DNA of 24,000 nucleotides from contig CAZLZK010000002.1 in NCBI GenBank assembly GCA_964564005.1, positions 14,313 through 38,312 of the forward strand, written 5' to 3'. Numbering within the stretch: position 1 is the first letter of the stretch; every line of letters begins with the position of its first letter. Origin of the DNA: an uncultured Gammaproteobacteria bacterium (GTDB lineage: Bacteria > Patescibacteriota > Microgenomatia > UBA8517 > UBA10165). Below, in pieces: positions 15,396-22,791 of the stretch. A model generated the notes under the pieces. It was not told the origin of the DNA. It did not search any database and worked only from the letters and a program-made list of their open reading frames with translations. Made by a program: the position numbers and the translations under genes.

Positions 15396-17774
15396 TCATA
15401 GTATACCTCTGTTATTAGGCAAGAACAAGTCATCGTCCAAAATGGTAGTTGGTTGTAAATCAGAAGCTGGCTGGCGTATTCTCGTTTCCATTACTTCTAC
15501 GCTATCCAGATAAAAACCCACCTGAGGATTGTCTCCCTGAAAACCTATCGCTCCCAACCGTGTGCCTTCCGGTGCAGTGCCATAAACTTCAACCTTATGC
15601 CACTCACTTTTACCATATATTCTCTCTGATACAAAACTGACAATGGGCCTCGCGGTAATGCTAGCCGGTACTTCTTCTGAATAAAAGTCCAGCCTTAAAA
15701 ATCCGTCTCTTGATTCCTTGGCTAACTCACTGACATTTTTGATCCAACCCACCAACTTATATCCATAACCTGACTTTACTTCAAAATAAGGAGATTGCCA
15801 CCTCACCGATCCCGGGAAAGAACCACGACTTTTAATTACTAGCGCCTCATTGCCATCTCTCCCATCCTTGTCTACCTTTAGGTCCTCTTTATCCTTAGGT
15901 AAATAATAGAGGGGGGTCCATTTATTATCTTCGAAAGTATATTTAGCAATTGATAAGAATTCCTGGTTTTTGTCTTTTTCTAGTCTAAATACCACATAAT
16001 TATCTCCAGCCGCCTGCCAACGAGTAAGGAAGGCTTTGAGTGTATGTGACCATAAAGTTTCCCTTAACGCCAGGGCTATGTAGTTTTGTGAAAGGAGGTC
16101 ATTCGGTTTATTCCAAAATTTAATGCCAATTTCTGGCGACTGCCTCATCCACCACATAAACGCTCCCTGGATATCATTCATGTCTAAAATCGCATAGTCA
16201 TAACCTTCTTGTTTTAGTTCTTTATATGAAAATACCTTGCTAAGATATGATAAGGATTTTACCTGAACTTGCTTGTCTTTACTTGAGGGGTTATGTTCAT
16301 ATGTGGCAAGAGTCACGTCTCCCTTAATATTTTTTTCTGTCCACTCTCTTGCCTCAATAAAAGTTGATTTTTGAGAGTATCCCTGAATCATTATTTTATC
16401 GTTGATAACGTGGTCCTTAAGTCCAAAAAACAAAGCTCCTACAAAAAAAATGGCCCCAACCATCTTAATAAACAGCCCCTTTCTTTTGAAAAGTAAGTTA
16501 AATATATATTCAATACATAGAGCCGAGAAAATAAGAAGCATGGGGATTAAGACTATGGTATTCCTTGTGAAGAAACCCCCTCCTGTATAATACATATATA
16601 AGTAAATGTTTATTGGAAATATTGAGAGCAATAAAAGTGTGGTAAGCCTTAAATCTTTTTTTAAAAACCCTATTAAAATACCAAATATCGCAAACCAAGT
16701 GAGTTGCGCACCTACCCCAAAATGATACATGTAAGAAGCAGGGAAAATGCTGATCGTGTTTAACCCAAAAGCATATTTTGCAGCTTCATATCTATGTAAC
16801 TCCAAAACCCTTTCCCAGTGCTGGAAATAGTGTATGTGAGAAATCAAGACTATTCCTAAAGACACGAGCCCTCCAATGATCACTTTCGGGCTCAAGAATT
16901 CTGCCCAAAATTTTTTAAGGTTCTTCTTTGAGTACTTCCAGCTGATCACTAGGTGAGCAAGGAAAAAAGGGAAAAATGCATAGATTTGATATTTTGTCAA
17001 GAAGGATAGGCTTACTAAAACCCCGCAAATTAAATATCTTTTCAAGGTTGGCTCCTTTAATAACGCGCCAACTGCCAAAAGAACAGCTAAAAGGAAAAAG
17101 ACATTGTACATGTCTATAAAGCCAATATGGCTACTCAGAATAAGCCTGTAATTAACTGCTACCAAAAATGCTGCAAGAAGCGCAGTGCTCTTTTTCCCCA
17201 AGAGGGTATGGGCGACTTGATATGTAAGGTAAATTGCTCCGCTACCAAAGATAGCTGTCAGATAACGTCCCCAATATAAAGCGTTGGCCCAATTTCTGCC
17301 AAAGACCTCTTTGTGAAAAAGATTTGTTTGAGAAATTGCTATGGTTCCCGAGATAATAAGAACAACCCAGAGGAACAGAAGAGAAACAACTAAAGTTTTC
17401 CTGTTGTCCCAATGTATTAACTTGCGAAGTAAGAACACAACACCCAAAAGTCCGGCAAAAGCAGGCAAAAGGAACATCCAAATATCATTGAAATGGCGGA
17501 CTAGTGTTAAAAACCATGCCGCCGGAATAAACACACCGGCAAATGCAACCAGCATAATCCACCCAACCAATGGAGGGTAACCTAGCCATTGTAGTTGCAT
17601 ACTCAATGTTTTGTGGGTAATCATATATACAGCCTGGGCATACATTAGTTCATCGCCATGAGAGTAATAGCCGGGGTAGACGATAACAAAGCGAAGAATC
17701 AGCCCGAGTAAAAGAATTGTGGGCAGGGTGAACTTATGTCTTACCCACTTTGGCACGAATGATAAAAACACCAT
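15396..17774 (-). CDS. GT-C fold membrane glycosyltransferase with a C-terminal jelly-roll (CBM4_9 / galactose-binding-like) domain
   Basis: The N-terminal part has many TM helices and the acidic first-loop motif YYSHGDELMYAQ. The C-terminal roughly 130 aa (GNEALVIKSRG..VRWQSPYFEVKSGYGYKLVGWIKN...SEWHKVEVYGTAPEGT..GFYLDSVEV) fits a carbohydrate-binding beta-sandwich pattern. Start placed at the ATG at 17774, with AAGGGGGA 10 nt upstream. The track start at 17813 would give an 80-nt overlap with the upstream gene, and even 17774 gives 41 nt. Confidence 0.7.
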   Translation of the reverse strand: MVFLSFVPKWVRHKFTLPTILLLGLILRFVIVYPGYYSHGDELMYAQAVYMITHKTLSMQLQWLGYPPLVGWIMLVAFAGVFIPAAWFLTLVRHFNDIWMFLLPAFAGLLGVVFLLRKLIHWDNRKTLVVSLLFLWVVLIISGTIAISQTNLFHKEVFGRNWANALYWGRYLTAIFGSGAIYLTYQVAHTLLGKKSTALLAAFLVAVNYRLILSSHIGFIDMYNVFFLLAVLLAVGALLKEPTLKRYLICGVLVSLSFLTKYQIYAFFPFFLAHLVISWKYSKKNLKKFWAEFLSPKVIIGGLVSLGIVLISHIHYFQHWERVLELHRYEAAKYAFGLNTISIFPASYMYHFGVGAQLTWFAIFGILIGFLKKDLRLTTLLLLSIFPINIYLYMYYTGGGFFTRNTIVLIPMLLIFSALCIEYIFNLLFKRKGLFIKMVGAIFFVGALFFGLKDHVINDKIMIQGYSQKSTFIEAREWTEKNIKGDVTLATYEHNPSSKDKQVQVKSLSYLSKVFSYKELKQEGYDYAILDMNDIQGAFMWWMRQSPEIGIKFWNKPNDLLSQNYIALALRETLWSHTLKAFLTRWQAAGDNYVVFRLEKDKNQEFLSIAKYTFEDNKWTPLYYLPKDKEDLKVDKDGRDGNEALVIKSRGSFPGSVRWQSPYFEVKSGYGYKLVGWIKNVSELAKESRDGFLRLDFYSEEVPASITARPIVSFVSERIYGKSEWHKVEVYGTAPEGTRLGAIGFQGDNPQVGFYLDSVEVMETRIRQPASDLQPTTILDDDLFLPNNRGIL

Positions 17775-18330
17775 AATCAAAAGTTCCCCCTTTCTTCCTA
17801 AATTGCCTTTCAATTTCTAAGCCGCCACTTATCAGTGATCTATAACTTTCTACATCTCTCACATAATGCCCTTTATCCAAACTTCTCAAAATGTGGCTAA
17901 GAATATTCCACTTATAAATTGGAGGTATAGCTTCTATCATAATAATTTTTCCATTTGACATAAGCAACGATTTCATGACTCCTAAACTAGCTTGCAGTTC
18001 TCTATCGTTCAGGTGGTGTAACACCCCCACAACCACAATCAAGTCAAATCCTTTGTGCAACCTTAACTTTGTCACGTCACCAACCCGAAATGTGTACTCT
18101 TGATATTTTCTCTTGGCATAAGTGATGGCCCTTGGATCAATATCGATACCAAGATATTGTTTTGGAGAAAAGAGTGGCGCTAAGATTCCAATCCCACAAC
18201 CAAAATCTAAGACATTATTGTACTTCTGCCCTTTCAAGACATCACTGATAATCTTTCTAATAACAAAATAATTAAAACTTAGAACCCTAATAAAAAGATA
18301 GGACAAAAAATATTGTAATCTGTCAAGCAT
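17734..18330 (-). CDS. Class I SAM-dependent methyltransferase (Methyltransf_11/25-like), substrate unknown
   Basis: 198 aa. Motif I is VLDFGCGIGILA, post-I is GIDID, and motif II/III is FDLIVVVGVLHHL. Confidence 0.75.
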   Translation of the reverse strand: MLDRLQYFLSYLFIRVLSFNYFVIRKIISDVLKGQKYNNVLDFGCGIGILAPLFSPKQYLGIDIDPRAITYAKRKYQEYTFRVGDVTKLRLHKGFDLIVVVGVLHHLNDRELQASLGVMKSLLMSNGKIIMIEAIPPIYKWNILSHILRSLDKGHYVRDVESYRSLISGGLEIERQFRKKGGTFDYGVFIIRAKVGKT

Positions 18331-18338
18331 TGTTTATT

Positions 18339-18361
18339 CGAAGACAAGCTTCGCTTATTCG
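18339..18361 (+). promoter_or_regulatory. Third full copy of the 21-bp unit (CGAAGACAAGCTTCGCTTATTCG) in the divergent promoter region
   Basis: 21/23 identical to the gene-sense reading of the 12361-12402 repeat (CGAAGACAAGCTTTGCTTAATCG). Flank similarity extends on both sides (TGTTTATT vs TTTTCATT upstream; TTCGA downstream). It lies 32 nt upstream of the candidate -35 for the cupin gene and 8 nt from the ATG of the divergent methyltransferase. Confidence 0.6.
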
Positions 18362-18392
18362 ATTGTAATCTACAACGATTGCTTTCACAATC

Positions 18393-18421
18393 TTTACTAC
18401 AAAATGAAAATCTGTTATATT
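18393..18421 (+). promoter_or_regulatory. Sigma70-like promoter candidate for the cupin gene: TTTACT-N17-TATATT
   Basis: TTTACT at 18393-18398, an exact 17-nt spacer, then TATATT at 18416-18421. The -10 ends 35 nt upstream of the ATG at 18457. Confidence 0.45.
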
Positions 18422-18456
18422 GCGCATTGAAGGCTATTTGGATAAACAAAACAGAG

Positions 18457-18843
18457 ATGGAAAAAATATTCTACAAAAATACATTGATAGGAATCCGCCT
18501 TTCGGTATTTCCAAAAGGCTCTATCGCCCACACAGATGCCAAGGAAGCACTGGGGCTTTTAACCCTTGTGCACCCTAAAGGCACCTCTCTTCGGGCACAC
18601 GTGCACACCCCACAAAAAAGAATCACCAAGACCCTACAGGAATGTTTTATCGTAATTCGGGGAAAGGTCAGAATAGACCTTTATGGACCAGATAAGAAGT
18701 TCTTTAAATACATTATTCTTCAGACGGGTCAAGCTTTTCTGGCACTTGCCGGCGGCCACGGCTTCCACTTTCTTAAAGATTCCGCGCTTATAGAGCTTAA
18801 AAATGGTCCTTTCAAAGAAGACAAGGTGTTTATTAATAACTAA
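18457..18843 (+). CDS. Small cupin-fold protein (possible nucleotide-sugar isomerase/epimerase or WbuC-like); function uncertain
   Basis: Cupin motif 1, G-X5-H-X-H, is present as GTSLRAHVH. This is followed by ECFIVIRGKV and a second His-containing strand, GGHGFHF. Start chosen at the ATG at 18457; the track start at 18379 is a TTG upstream of the candidate promoter. About 128 aa. Confidence 0.5.
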   Translation: MEKIFYKNTLIGIRLSVFPKGSIAHTDAKEALGLLTLVHPKGTSLRAHVHTPQKRITKTLQECFIVIRGKVRIDLYGPDKKFFKYIILQTGQAFLALAGGHGFHFLKDSALIELKNGPFKEDKVFINN

Positions 18844-18904
18844 AAACAGGGAGATTAAGAAGTGTCATTCGCAACCCTTATTTAGACCAGCCTCACTTAT
18901 TCCC

Positions 18905-18934
18905 AGAGGGTAGCCTTTACCCATCCCTCTTTTT
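18905..18934 (+). terminator. Weak candidate intrinsic terminator for the cupin gene
   Basis: AGAGGG (18905-18910) pairs with CCCTCT (18925-18930) and is followed directly by TTTT (18931-18934). An alternative inner stem is GGGTA/TACCC (18908-18912 / 18918-18922). The loop of the outer stem is long (14 nt). The element overlaps the 3' end of the convergent DUF218 gene. Confidence 0.25.
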
Positions 18935-19621
18935 AAGATACTCAAAAAGTTCGTCGAATGTGGCGAGGGCACCTTCCTTTTGATATGTGAAAATTCTTTT
19001 TATTTCGTCTTCTATATGTTCAATCCTTGGTTTAAGCTCGTTCCCTTGGGAACCCATTACTCTTTTATTCCAATCAGTTAGCTGAGGAAACATGCACCAA
19101 ACATTGATTGACAAACCTCTTTCGTTTATAACCCTTACTGTACCAAGCATGGCTCTAACTACCTGATGGGGCTGGGTCAATAATACTGCGCTCTTAAACC
19201 CTCTTTGTCTTGCCGTTTCTAAAAAGGCGTCACTCTCTGTTCGAGTATGAAATCCTTTCTCACCCTCAAGATGAGAGCTATAAATTATTTGCTCTTGTTT
19301 AACTCCTAGTCTAACTAGTCTGTCTGTCCACAAGGACTTCCCGGGATATGCCATTCGAGGGGTTGTTTCACCAACTCTCTCTCCCTCAGAATCGGCTAGA
19401 ACAATGTACCTGGCCCTTTCTTCTCTAATCATATCGGCAGCTACTTTAAATATATCTTGCTTCCCAGCATCAAAATAAGAGCGGGCATGGAAAAAGATTG
19501 CATCAACTGATATTGGAGGAAAATCACTCAGGAGCACAACCGTCGCTCGAGTTAAATCAATTAATTTCTTTCTTTCTACTTCCTGGCTCTCAGGGCCCGG
19601 CGCTTTCGGAACTTCTGCCAT
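18917..19621 (-). CDS. DUF218 (YdcF/ElyC/SanA-like) domain protein
   Basis: 234 aa. The pattern VDAIFFHARS...RYIVLADSEGE...LVRLGVKQEQIIYS...TRTESDAFLETARQRGFKSAVLLTQPHQVVRA parallels the DUF218 consensus (DAIVVLGG...I.SGG...L...GV....I..E..S.NT.ENA......KS..LVTS..H..RA). Confidence 0.6.
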   Translation of the reverse strand: MAEVPKAPGPESQEVERKKLIDLTRATVVLLSDFPPISVDAIFFHARSYFDAGKQDIFKVAADMIREERARYIVLADSEGERVGETTPRMAYPGKSLWTDRLVRLGVKQEQIIYSSHLEGEKGFHTRTESDAFLETARQRGFKSAVLLTQPHQVVRAMLGTVRVINERGLSINVWCMFPQLTDWNKRVMGSQGNELKPRIEHIEDEIKRIFTYQKEGALATFDELFEYLKKRDG

Positions 19622-19652
19622 CGTGTAATAAATTTTACAATTCAGACTTCTA

Positions 19653-20423
19653 TCAATCTTCAGAACTGGGTCCTTTGGACCTTCTGCAACAGAACATAAT
19701 TTTCCAATCGCTCGCTGTGGCTTTCTTATTGGGTTGCAAGAGAGGTGAACATAAGACCTCTTCTAGTCCCGCTTCTTGAAACGCCGAGCGAACTTGCATT
19801 GGCGTCCAAAGGGTCTGGGTGAAAGAGAAATCGCCTTTTTCTGTCCTCTCGTCGTCAGTTGCTTTTATGAAGTAATTAAGCGTTGTTGTCTGATTGAAGA
19901 AATCTGTTTTGGAAGTCAGCTTACAGTTTATTGTCTTCCCTTTATATTTTAGCGAAGTGTTTTTAGAACCCGGCGGATCTTTAATCGCGGCGACGCCGTT
20001 CCACATATCGAAAACAAAAATGCTACCCTTGCCAAGCACACGAGAGACACCTCGCATAAAAGAGTGTAAACCTTCTGTATCCGTAATATAAGTTACAACA
20101 TTAAACATGGCTATTGCTAAATCAAAATTCCTTTCTTTTAAACTTTCAACAGGGGTGTGAAGTATCTTGACATTTGGAGAATCACCCAACTTCTTTTTGG
20201 CAATTTTCACCATCTCAAGGTCAGTGTCTATGGCAACTAAATTTATGCCTTTCTTGGATAAAAGCCTCGTATGATTTCCGGTGCCGCAACCAATTTCTAG
20301 GATTTTTTGAGGAGATTTTATACCGAACTTTCTAGAGAGGTTAAAAACTAAGTTAGTTTCCTTTTTATAGTCTTTGTTCTGATAAATGGCGTCATAATAT
20401 TTATGATACAAGCTACTTGGCAT
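19653..20423 (-). CDS. Class I SAM-dependent methyltransferase with TylM1/DesVI-like architecture (candidate NDP-aminosugar N-methyltransferase)
   Basis: 256 aa. The N-terminal YDAIYQNKDYKKE parallels TylM1/DesVI YD..Y..(G)KDY..E. Motif I is ILEIGCGTGNHT. FDLAIAMFNVVTYI parallels FS.V..MFSS.GYL. The C-terminal beta lid ends in ...VRSAFQEAGLEEV. Overlaps the upstream aminotransferase stop by 11 nt. Confidence 0.6.
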   Translation of the reverse strand: MPSSLYHKYYDAIYQNKDYKKETNLVFNLSRKFGIKSPQKILEIGCGTGNHTRLLSKKGINLVAIDTDLEMVKIAKKKLGDSPNVKILHTPVESLKERNFDLAIAMFNVVTYITDTEGLHSFMRGVSRVLGKGSIFVFDMWNGVAAIKDPPGSKNTSLKYKGKTINCKLTSKTDFFNQTTTLNYFIKATDDERTEKGDFSFTQTLWTPMQVRSAFQEAGLEEVLCSPLLQPNKKATASDWKIMFCCRRSKGPSSED

Positions 20424-21522
20424 TTTGAAAATCCTTTACAACGTTACAAACATACTCCACTTGTTCCCTAGTTAACGTTGGGAAAACCGGTAAACAGATT
20501 CCATGTTCATATCCATATACTGCATTTGGAAAATCACTATCTTTATAATTTTTACCTTTAAATTTTAGGTATGAGAAACCCGGTTGTTTGTGCAATGGGT
20601 AGAAAAATGACCTTGGCTCTATGTCCTTTTGCCTCATATACGCCATTAGCTCGTGGGCCCGCTCAACTAAAATACAAACCCTGAAGGGTATTATCTCTAC
20701 TCCTTTATCCGGCTCAAAGAAGGTGACTCCTCTCACTCCTGCCAGCAACTTCTTATATAAAGCCAGTATTTTAAGTTTTCTTTTTTTAATCTCTCTAAGT
20801 TTTCCTAGCTGAACTAAACCAACCGCTATTTGAAGATCAGTCATTCTGAAGTTATAGCCTATCTTAGGATGTATCCAAGTACCCCTATTTAACCTTCCTT
20901 GCTGCCTGAAGTAAACCATTTTCTCATGCAGTTTTTCATCACTTGTTACCACAAATCCTCCTTCGCCTGTAGTAATAGTTTTATCAGCAAAAAATGAAAA
21001 ACATCCAATTTCACCAAAAGTCCCTGCATGTCTACCTCCACGATGTACTCCAATTGCTTCACAGGCATCTTCAATAATTTTTAACTTATGCTTTTTTGCA
21101 AATTTTAGTACACTTGTCATGTCGGCAACCGTCCCAAAAATATGCACCGGCATAATAGCTCTGGTTCTTTTAGTTACCAGCCTATCAGCATTTGATAGAT
21201 CTATTTGAAAATTTTTGCGATTTACATCTACAAAGACGGGGGTTGCACCAGTCATCTCAACTGAAGTTGCTGAAGCGAGAAAGGTAAAATCAGGAACTAT
21301 AACCTCGTCCCCCGGTCCGATGCCTAAAGCTCTTAACCCTAAATAAAGCGCCAAGGTGCCATTTGGAGCAAAAACACCATATTTTGCGCCCATTAACTTA
21401 AGCAGCTTTTCACTAAATTCCTTAGCTTTTGGCCCTTCAGTTATCCAATTATTGTCAAAGCAGTCTTTAATTGCTCTATACTCTTCCTTCCCAAGCCAAG
21501 GTGATAACTGAGGAACTTTCAT
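20413..21522 (-). CDS. DegT/DnrJ/EryC1-family sugar aminotransferase (third paralogue; 4-aminotransferase-like)
   Basis: 369 aa. Motifs NWITEGPKAKEFSEKL, GDEVIVPDFTFLASA and PVFVDV. The lysine context is FSFFADKTITTGEGG. Confidence 0.85.
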   Translation of the reverse strand: MKVPQLSPWLGKEEYRAIKDCFDNNWITEGPKAKEFSEKLLKLMGAKYGVFAPNGTLALYLGLRALGIGPGDEVIVPDFTFLASATSVEMTGATPVFVDVNRKNFQIDLSNADRLVTKRTRAIMPVHIFGTVADMTSVLKFAKKHKLKIIEDACEAIGVHRGGRHAGTFGEIGCFSFFADKTITTGEGGFVVTSDEKLHEKMVYFRQQGRLNRGTWIHPKIGYNFRMTDLQIAVGLVQLGKLREIKKRKLKILALYKKLLAGVRGVTFFEPDKGVEIIPFRVCILVERAHELMAYMRQKDIEPRSFFYPLHKQPGFSYLKFKGKNYKDSDFPNAVYGYEHGICLPVFPTLTREQVEYVCNVVKDFQNAK

Positions 21523-21537
21523 GATGAGAATAGTAAT

Positions 21538-22791
21538 CTAACTTCTCCTGAAAATCAAGTAGCCCTTTGTTGCCATCCCCAATAGATATAATCCATGTTT
21601 TACTACATGAGCTTTTGACTCACCATAGATTCTTGGGTAATAACGCATCGGCACTTCCCCAAATTTTAGACCCATCCTAGCTGCACCATACAAAAGCTCA
21701 AAATCTCCAAACGGATCTTGTAATCCTAGAAAACCCCACCTCTCAAACAAAAGGTCGTAATCCCTTTTAAAGATTGCCTTAATGCCCGACAGGACATCTG
21801 TTGTTCTCTGGCCTAAGAAAAATGAAAACCATTTTGCAAAAAAGATGTTACCCAACTTATTAGGAATGGGCATAGCTTCTGATGCAAACGGATACACAAA
21901 TCTGCTACCTTCTATAAATTCAAATCGTCCTTGCTTCATTGCTTCATAAAAATATTTTAGATCTCCTGTGTCGGATGTACCATCACCTTCATAAAGAATA
22001 ATTATATCTCCTTTAGCATCTTTAAAACCAACCCTGATTGCATCCCCCTGCCCTTTACCCGGTTGCCCAATAACCCTTATGTTTTTCCCAGGATATTTTT
22101 TAATCATCTTCTCTATTTCCTCTCTTGTCCCATCGTTCGAGTGTCCTTCTACAAATAAAATTTCTTGTTCTTTGCAGACAGCTGGCAGCGCCTTAACTAT
22201 TTTTTCAATATTTTCTTTCTCATTTCTAACAGTTATGCAAACCGTTAGACTCTCTTGCAAAACTCGAGAGAAAAGTTCTGGTAAAGGTCGGGCCAAGATA
22301 AACTGATCAAGTTTTAAAAAATCAAAAAATGGGAGAATTACAGCAACCCAATTTAGTGTAGGTCCAACGCCCGCTGCAAAAATGGGACAGAGCGTTCTTT
22401 TAAATATCCTGGTTACCTCAAAACCGGATCCCGAAAGGTAGACTCTTGTATCATCGATTGATAACCAGTTTTGTACGCCTTCTTGGCGTTTGAGCTTAAA
22501 TCTTTCAGCTAAAGTAAGAATCCACTGCCATAAATAATTATGCTGATAAATTAAAACTCTTGTTGACGGGTGACAAAACTTTGGAAGAGTCTGCAATAAG
22601 TTCATTATATCTTTACTTTTATTTAAAGACCCGTTTAAAAAGATATAATCAAACTTTTCATCTGACTCAATTTTTTTCTTAAAACGCCCTTCTGCATCAA
22701 AGATTAAAACCTTTTTATCCTTCGGAATAATAAACCCCAATGTTTGCTTTATTCTTCGATGGTAATATTTATGACTTATCAGGGGTCTCAT
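21538..22791 (-). CDS. Family 2 glycosyltransferase with an N-terminal degenerate methyltransferase-like domain
   Basis: 417 aa. The C-terminal half is GT2: LTVCITVRNEKENI, FVEGHSNDGT and LYEGDGTS. The N-terminal roughly 150 aa has the back half of a class I MTase fold (FDYIFLNGSL..D...LL..L...C.P.TRVLIYQHNYLWQ..L.LAERFKL......NWLSIDD....L..SGFEV). At the glycine-rich SAM loop position it reads KKVLIFDAEGRF. A hydrophobic linker follows. Confidence 0.7.
   Translation of the reverse strand: MRPLISHKYYHRRIKQTLGFIIPKDKKVLIFDAEGRFKKKIESDEKFDYIFLNGSLNKSKDIMNLLQTLPKFCHPSTRVLIYQHNYLWQWILTLAERFKLKRQEGVQNWLSIDDTRVYLSGSGFEVTRIFKRTLCPIFAAGVGPTLNWVAVILPFFDFLKLDQFILARPLPELFSRVLQESLTVCITVRNEKENIEKIVKALPAVCKEQEILFVEGHSNDGTREEIEKMIKKYPGKNIRVIGQPGKGQGDAIRVGFKDAKGDIIILYEGDGTSDTGDLKYFYEAMKQGRFEFIEGSRFVYPFASEAMPIPNKLGNIFFAKWFSFFLGQRTTDVLSGIKAIFKRDYDLLFERWGFLGLQDPFGDFELLYGAARMGLKFGEVPMRYYPRIYGESKAHVVKHGLYLLGMATKGYLIFRRS

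Noticed and set aside
18379-18456. TTG start at 18379 for the cupin ORF, and the start at 5896 for the RmlD-like ORF
   Set aside because: The added residues are non-homologous. In the cupin case the extension would contain the best promoter candidate (18393-18421). Internal ATGs at 18457 and 5950 give canonical N-termini.
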